DNA from: Sphaerodactylus townsendi
Taxonomy: Eukaryota
Reading direction: 5' to 3'
Length of the DNA stretch: 64,000 nt
Assembly (NCBI RefSeq): GCF_021028975.2
Contig: NC_059430.1
Span: 42,656,001-42,720,000 of the forward strand
In this document: positions 60,401-64,000 of the stretch, in pieces
How positions within the stretch are numbered: position 1 is the stretch's first letter
Layout of the letters: every line of letters begins with the position of its first letter
Made by a program: the position numbers and the translations under genes
Notes under the pieces: generated by a model
Told to the model about the DNA's origin: nothing
What the model saw: the letters and a program-made list of their open reading frames with translations, nothing else
Databases searched by the model: none

Positions 60401-63059
60401 TAAACATGGATTCCCACCTACCCAAAGGTGTGCCACCAAGGTGACCAACACCTTTATAGAACCCTGGGATCCAAGGATAGACCAAAAGGTAAGGCCCTGT
60501 ACTGAAAACATTGTCCACTGGTGCAGAAGAATAGAAAACGTCTGGATGATAAATGTATTGGGATATGCAATATGCCTCCTTTATGTTCATGGAGGTCAAA
60601 AAAATATCCTGCTGTAGGACAAGCAGAATGGAACATAGAGACTCCATCCTGAATGTTGTTTGTTTTTTAATCCAGTAGTTGAGACACTTGAGATTTAAAA
60701 TGGCTCTCCACATTCCCTGTCCCATCTGGTCTGTCAGTACTTTTGCTGTGGTTGCAATGTTCAGAATATGCTGGGCAGCTTCTTTTAAGATGGTACTTTT
60801 TCTGGAGAGTTTGGCTCTGAAGATCTCTGAAACATGTGCAGAGGTGGGGAGGTAAACTTGTGTTTGTGACCTTCTTAAACCACTTAGTGCATCCACAAGT
60901 TGATTACTATCATCTCCCACGTGTCTACAAAGTGCAGGAGACTACCTCCTTAAGCACAGTCAGCCTGAAGACATCTTGGTGGAGACTGATCACGTCTTGA
61001 TTGTTGTTAAAACTGACATCCCTGATGTCTGCTTCCATATTCAGAAGGCCCTCTGGATCTAAAGCCTCTCTGCTTGAAAGAGGGGCAAAAGGATCCATAA
61101 TTCTTTGCCTTGTGATCTTTTGCTGACAAGTTTGAGGAAGAAATCATCACTTTCTTCTTTCTCTTGGTCTCAATAAGGACTTTATTTATTTATTTTTGAG
61201 GCTTTATCCAGTGCAGCTTCCCCAAACAACAATTTAACCCCAAACTGTTCTGTTGAGAGATTGGCCTTTGTGTGTCAACTCTCCAATTTTTTAACCACAG
61301 ATTCCTACAAACCAGTACTGTAGCAGCCTGTGATCTGGCATAGAATTGCATTGCATCTAGTGATGCATCTGCTATGAATTGGGAAGCTTTCTGTATCTTC
61401 AGCAGTGATCTTCTTAAGGACATAGGGTCCACCTCATGATTCTGCAGGAGATTCTCAGACCAGATCACCGAAGCTCTGGCAATATTTGAGAGAACAGCTC
61501 GAGCTCTGATTGCCAAAGAGTCTCATACGCTTTTTTAAAACCTTGTTGGATTGGCAATCCAGGGAGTCTTTTTAAACATTTCCCCATCCTTTGACAGGAT
61601 TGCTCCGGAATGTAATGGCACTACAGGCACATTCACCAAAGGCACTTTTTCTCCAGTGTCTTCTTATTTAGGGAATAACACTTTTTTGCTATCAGCCCCA
61701 GGGAACTGCTATTGTCAGGAAGGGCCTACTCCTTTTCAATGACTGCATCAAAATGCTCTGGGAAGGGGCTTCCAGAAATCGGCTTTGCTGGCTTCTTAAG
61801 CACCGTGTTATCAAGATTAGCTGAGGAAGGATACTCTCGTGATCTCCACACTTTAGCTAGTATTTCAAAGCGTTTATGGCTTTAGGCAGAAGTTTCTAGA
61901 AATGCTTCCTTGCAAATAGTCTGGAAGAATTATATCTAAATTCTTCCTCATTACCCAACCAATCTCCTTTCTCCCTGTCTGAACCCATAGCTTCAGATTT
62001 GATGGAATTGGATTTCTCAAGGTCCATCTCTTGAGTCACAGGGTTCCAAATGGTGGTCTTTTGCAATATATTTCAGACACTGCTTGGGGGAGGACTCCAG
62101 TGACTGAGCTGTTTTCCTCCCGATCACTGTCAGATTGAGAGGGGAAGGTGGATCTATAACCTATTTTCTCTCATTTGGTTCACATTCTCCCTTGCATCTC
62201 CAGCTGCGAGGCTTTCTATTGTGTAGGGGTGGACTGTCAGATGCTTCTGTCCTTGCAGCTTCAGTTGGGGCTGTTATTGGAAACACGGCTGCTCTGCACC
62301 CTCACAAAGGGCCTGCTGAATTAGGGAGGCTAGGGTCCAGAGAAAGACCCAGGAGCTTGCAGTGAAGTCTGTGTGTATGTGGGGGGAGGCCCCCCCCCAA
62401 AGACTGCAGATGAGATCATGCTGTCACAGGTGAAGTGTTTCCAGTCCTAGAATTTCTCGTTGTAAACACAGTCTATCAGTCATCAAGACAGTTCGCTGCC
62501 TGCATGGGGTTTCGTGAGGTTCTGCTTCTCAGAATTTCTCCAAAAATGCTCCATATGGCATTGCTGAGACTTGTCTGCCCCTGGAACTTGTTCTGATGCC
62601 TGCAGATCTGCTCTGGTGTGCTCCTATGATACAGGACTTCCTGGCCCCGAGAGGTCCTCAGCCATCCCAGGTATGCTCAAGGCTGGAACAATGGGGCCTA
62701 GGCTTTGCTCTGGACTACTGGAACAACCTGCCCTAGCTACCTTCATAAGACCTAGATGTCTCCTTCTGGACTGATGTTCCTGGCCTGGGGGACTTATCCT
62801 TATTTTTCTTATTTTTCCAGCTCCTAAAGGAACTGAATTGGGCCACTCTTCTGTTTGGACATGATCAGATAAATTCCTAAAAACCTTCTTGTTCAATAAA
62901 GCTTCGAATCAAGCCACTTATCTTAACTGCAGGGCTATCAGAACTGGAATGACCAGTCCCCCTACAGTCCAGGAGAGTAGCAAAAAAAATTACATAGCCC
63001 AATCTGAACAGTTGGTGTGACCAAACCAGTCTGGATGACAAAGTCTCACTGAAGGAGAA
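57457..63059 (-). mobile_element. Decayed near full-length DIRS1-type retrotransposon (copy 2)
   Basis: ITRs ~57490-57610 / 62950-63059; ICR ~57850-57925; gag-like (61190-61516), RT (WRAILNLK, FRMES, FQYRALPFGLS), RNase H, methyltransferase-like (EIDLFASVANRKVPRFC) and tyrosine-recombinase N-terminus (DILTFL..GLRPNTL..QVSALS) in DIRS order. Confidence 0.88.
57542..57797. repeat. Near-perfect inverted repeat (~115-bp arms, AT-rich spacer)
   Basis: TCAGGCAGGGCTATGCAATT...CTCAATTTTAAATATAAATA versus its reverse complement ending GCATAGCCCTGCCTGA. Confidence 0.92.
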
Positions 63060-64000
63060 CATCTAATTTTAATTTAAATATTCACTGACATAAAAATTAA
63101 GACAAGATTATCCCCCTAAATGTGGGAAAGCCTTTTAATGTTTTAATTGTGATAACATGCTGTAACATGTACTGTTGATTTTTAATTTATTTCATGCTTT
63201 GTTTGAACTATTAGCTGCTTTGTTGGCCCTTACTGGAAAGAAAGGAAGCATACAAATTTTGTAGATAAATGAATAATTGGTGGAGTTAAAATAGTTCTCA
63301 GCATCAGATAGAGTAACCTCTTAGTCAGAAAAGTTGTAGTGTTAAGTCAGTCAGATTGGTAGTTTTTTGTAACTCTTCTGTATATGTCAATTTAAAAAAG
63401 TATAACAAAGTGTGCATGTTTGTCTTCTCTCCCTTCTCCATATGCACAGACACACAAACAAGCAAACATTTGAATTACAGCAGAGAACTCCAAAAGATAA
63501 GTTTGTGACCTATTCATAGATTGCTAGCTGCTGCTGGGTAGCTCACATAACCCCTAGAAGACCAGGGAACAGATCACAAAAAATCTGTTCTAAGCTTTAA
63601 AAAACATTTTTATTTAATAGGATTTCTTCTCAGTAGTAGCTTTGTTTCTTGTGCACTTTGGAATTCAGGTTCTGTTTCCAGAACAAAACAAAACATGGTA
63701 ACATGCTGGGTAGTATACAGGAATAGATTCAAAGAACTAGCAGTCCCTTCTGTCCCGTGTGCACACACTGTATAGGAGTATTGTAAATAACAAACCATTC
63801 TGCTACTACATTTTTTTGGAAAATCTTTCATTTCCAAAAATGCATTGTTTAATAAAACTAATCAATGTTGGATAAATGAAATACCAATCTAACTGAGCAG
63901 CTATTAAGTTCTTTCATGCAAGTGTCACATTAGGATACTCTCCCATGCAATTTGTTTAGGAGATCTTGCATCAGTTACTACCTCTTAGCCTAATCTACCT

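Noticed and set aside
63610-63837. Candidate next upstream ATF7IP exon
   Set aside because: No resemblance to ATF7IP and no convincing splice sites; the upstream exon probably lies beyond the window

Overview
Vertebrate (squamate, most likely gecko by repeat content) genomic DNA. The + strand carries the terminal coding exon of PLBD1 (418-585). Tail-to-tail with it on the - strand are the last 12 coding exons of ATF7IP/MCAF1 (57347 down to 10456; 2204 nt with all splice phases consistent), encoding the SETDB1-binding coiled coil, the VIDLT SUMO-interacting motif and the C-terminal FNIII domain, plus a probable ~5.4 kb 3'UTR ending near 5050. Introns and UTR are dense with transposable elements: two near full-length decayed DIRS retrotransposons, solo LTRs, CR1/L1/L2/RTE/Rex LINEs, tRNA-derived SINEs, hAT elements (including a SPIN MITE), Harbinger MITEs and Penelope mini-insertions with hammerhead ribozyme motifs. 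The most interesting stretch is 57200-57800. There a DIRS terminus supplies an in-frame ATG and a perfect GTAAGT donor 128 nt upstream of an ATF7IP exon, next to a fold-back copy of the DIRS ITR, and that exon itself begins with a recursive-splice motif (AG|GTGAGT). Two assembly gaps. No prokaryote-type systems. Gene and repeat-family names are from recognition, not database searches.
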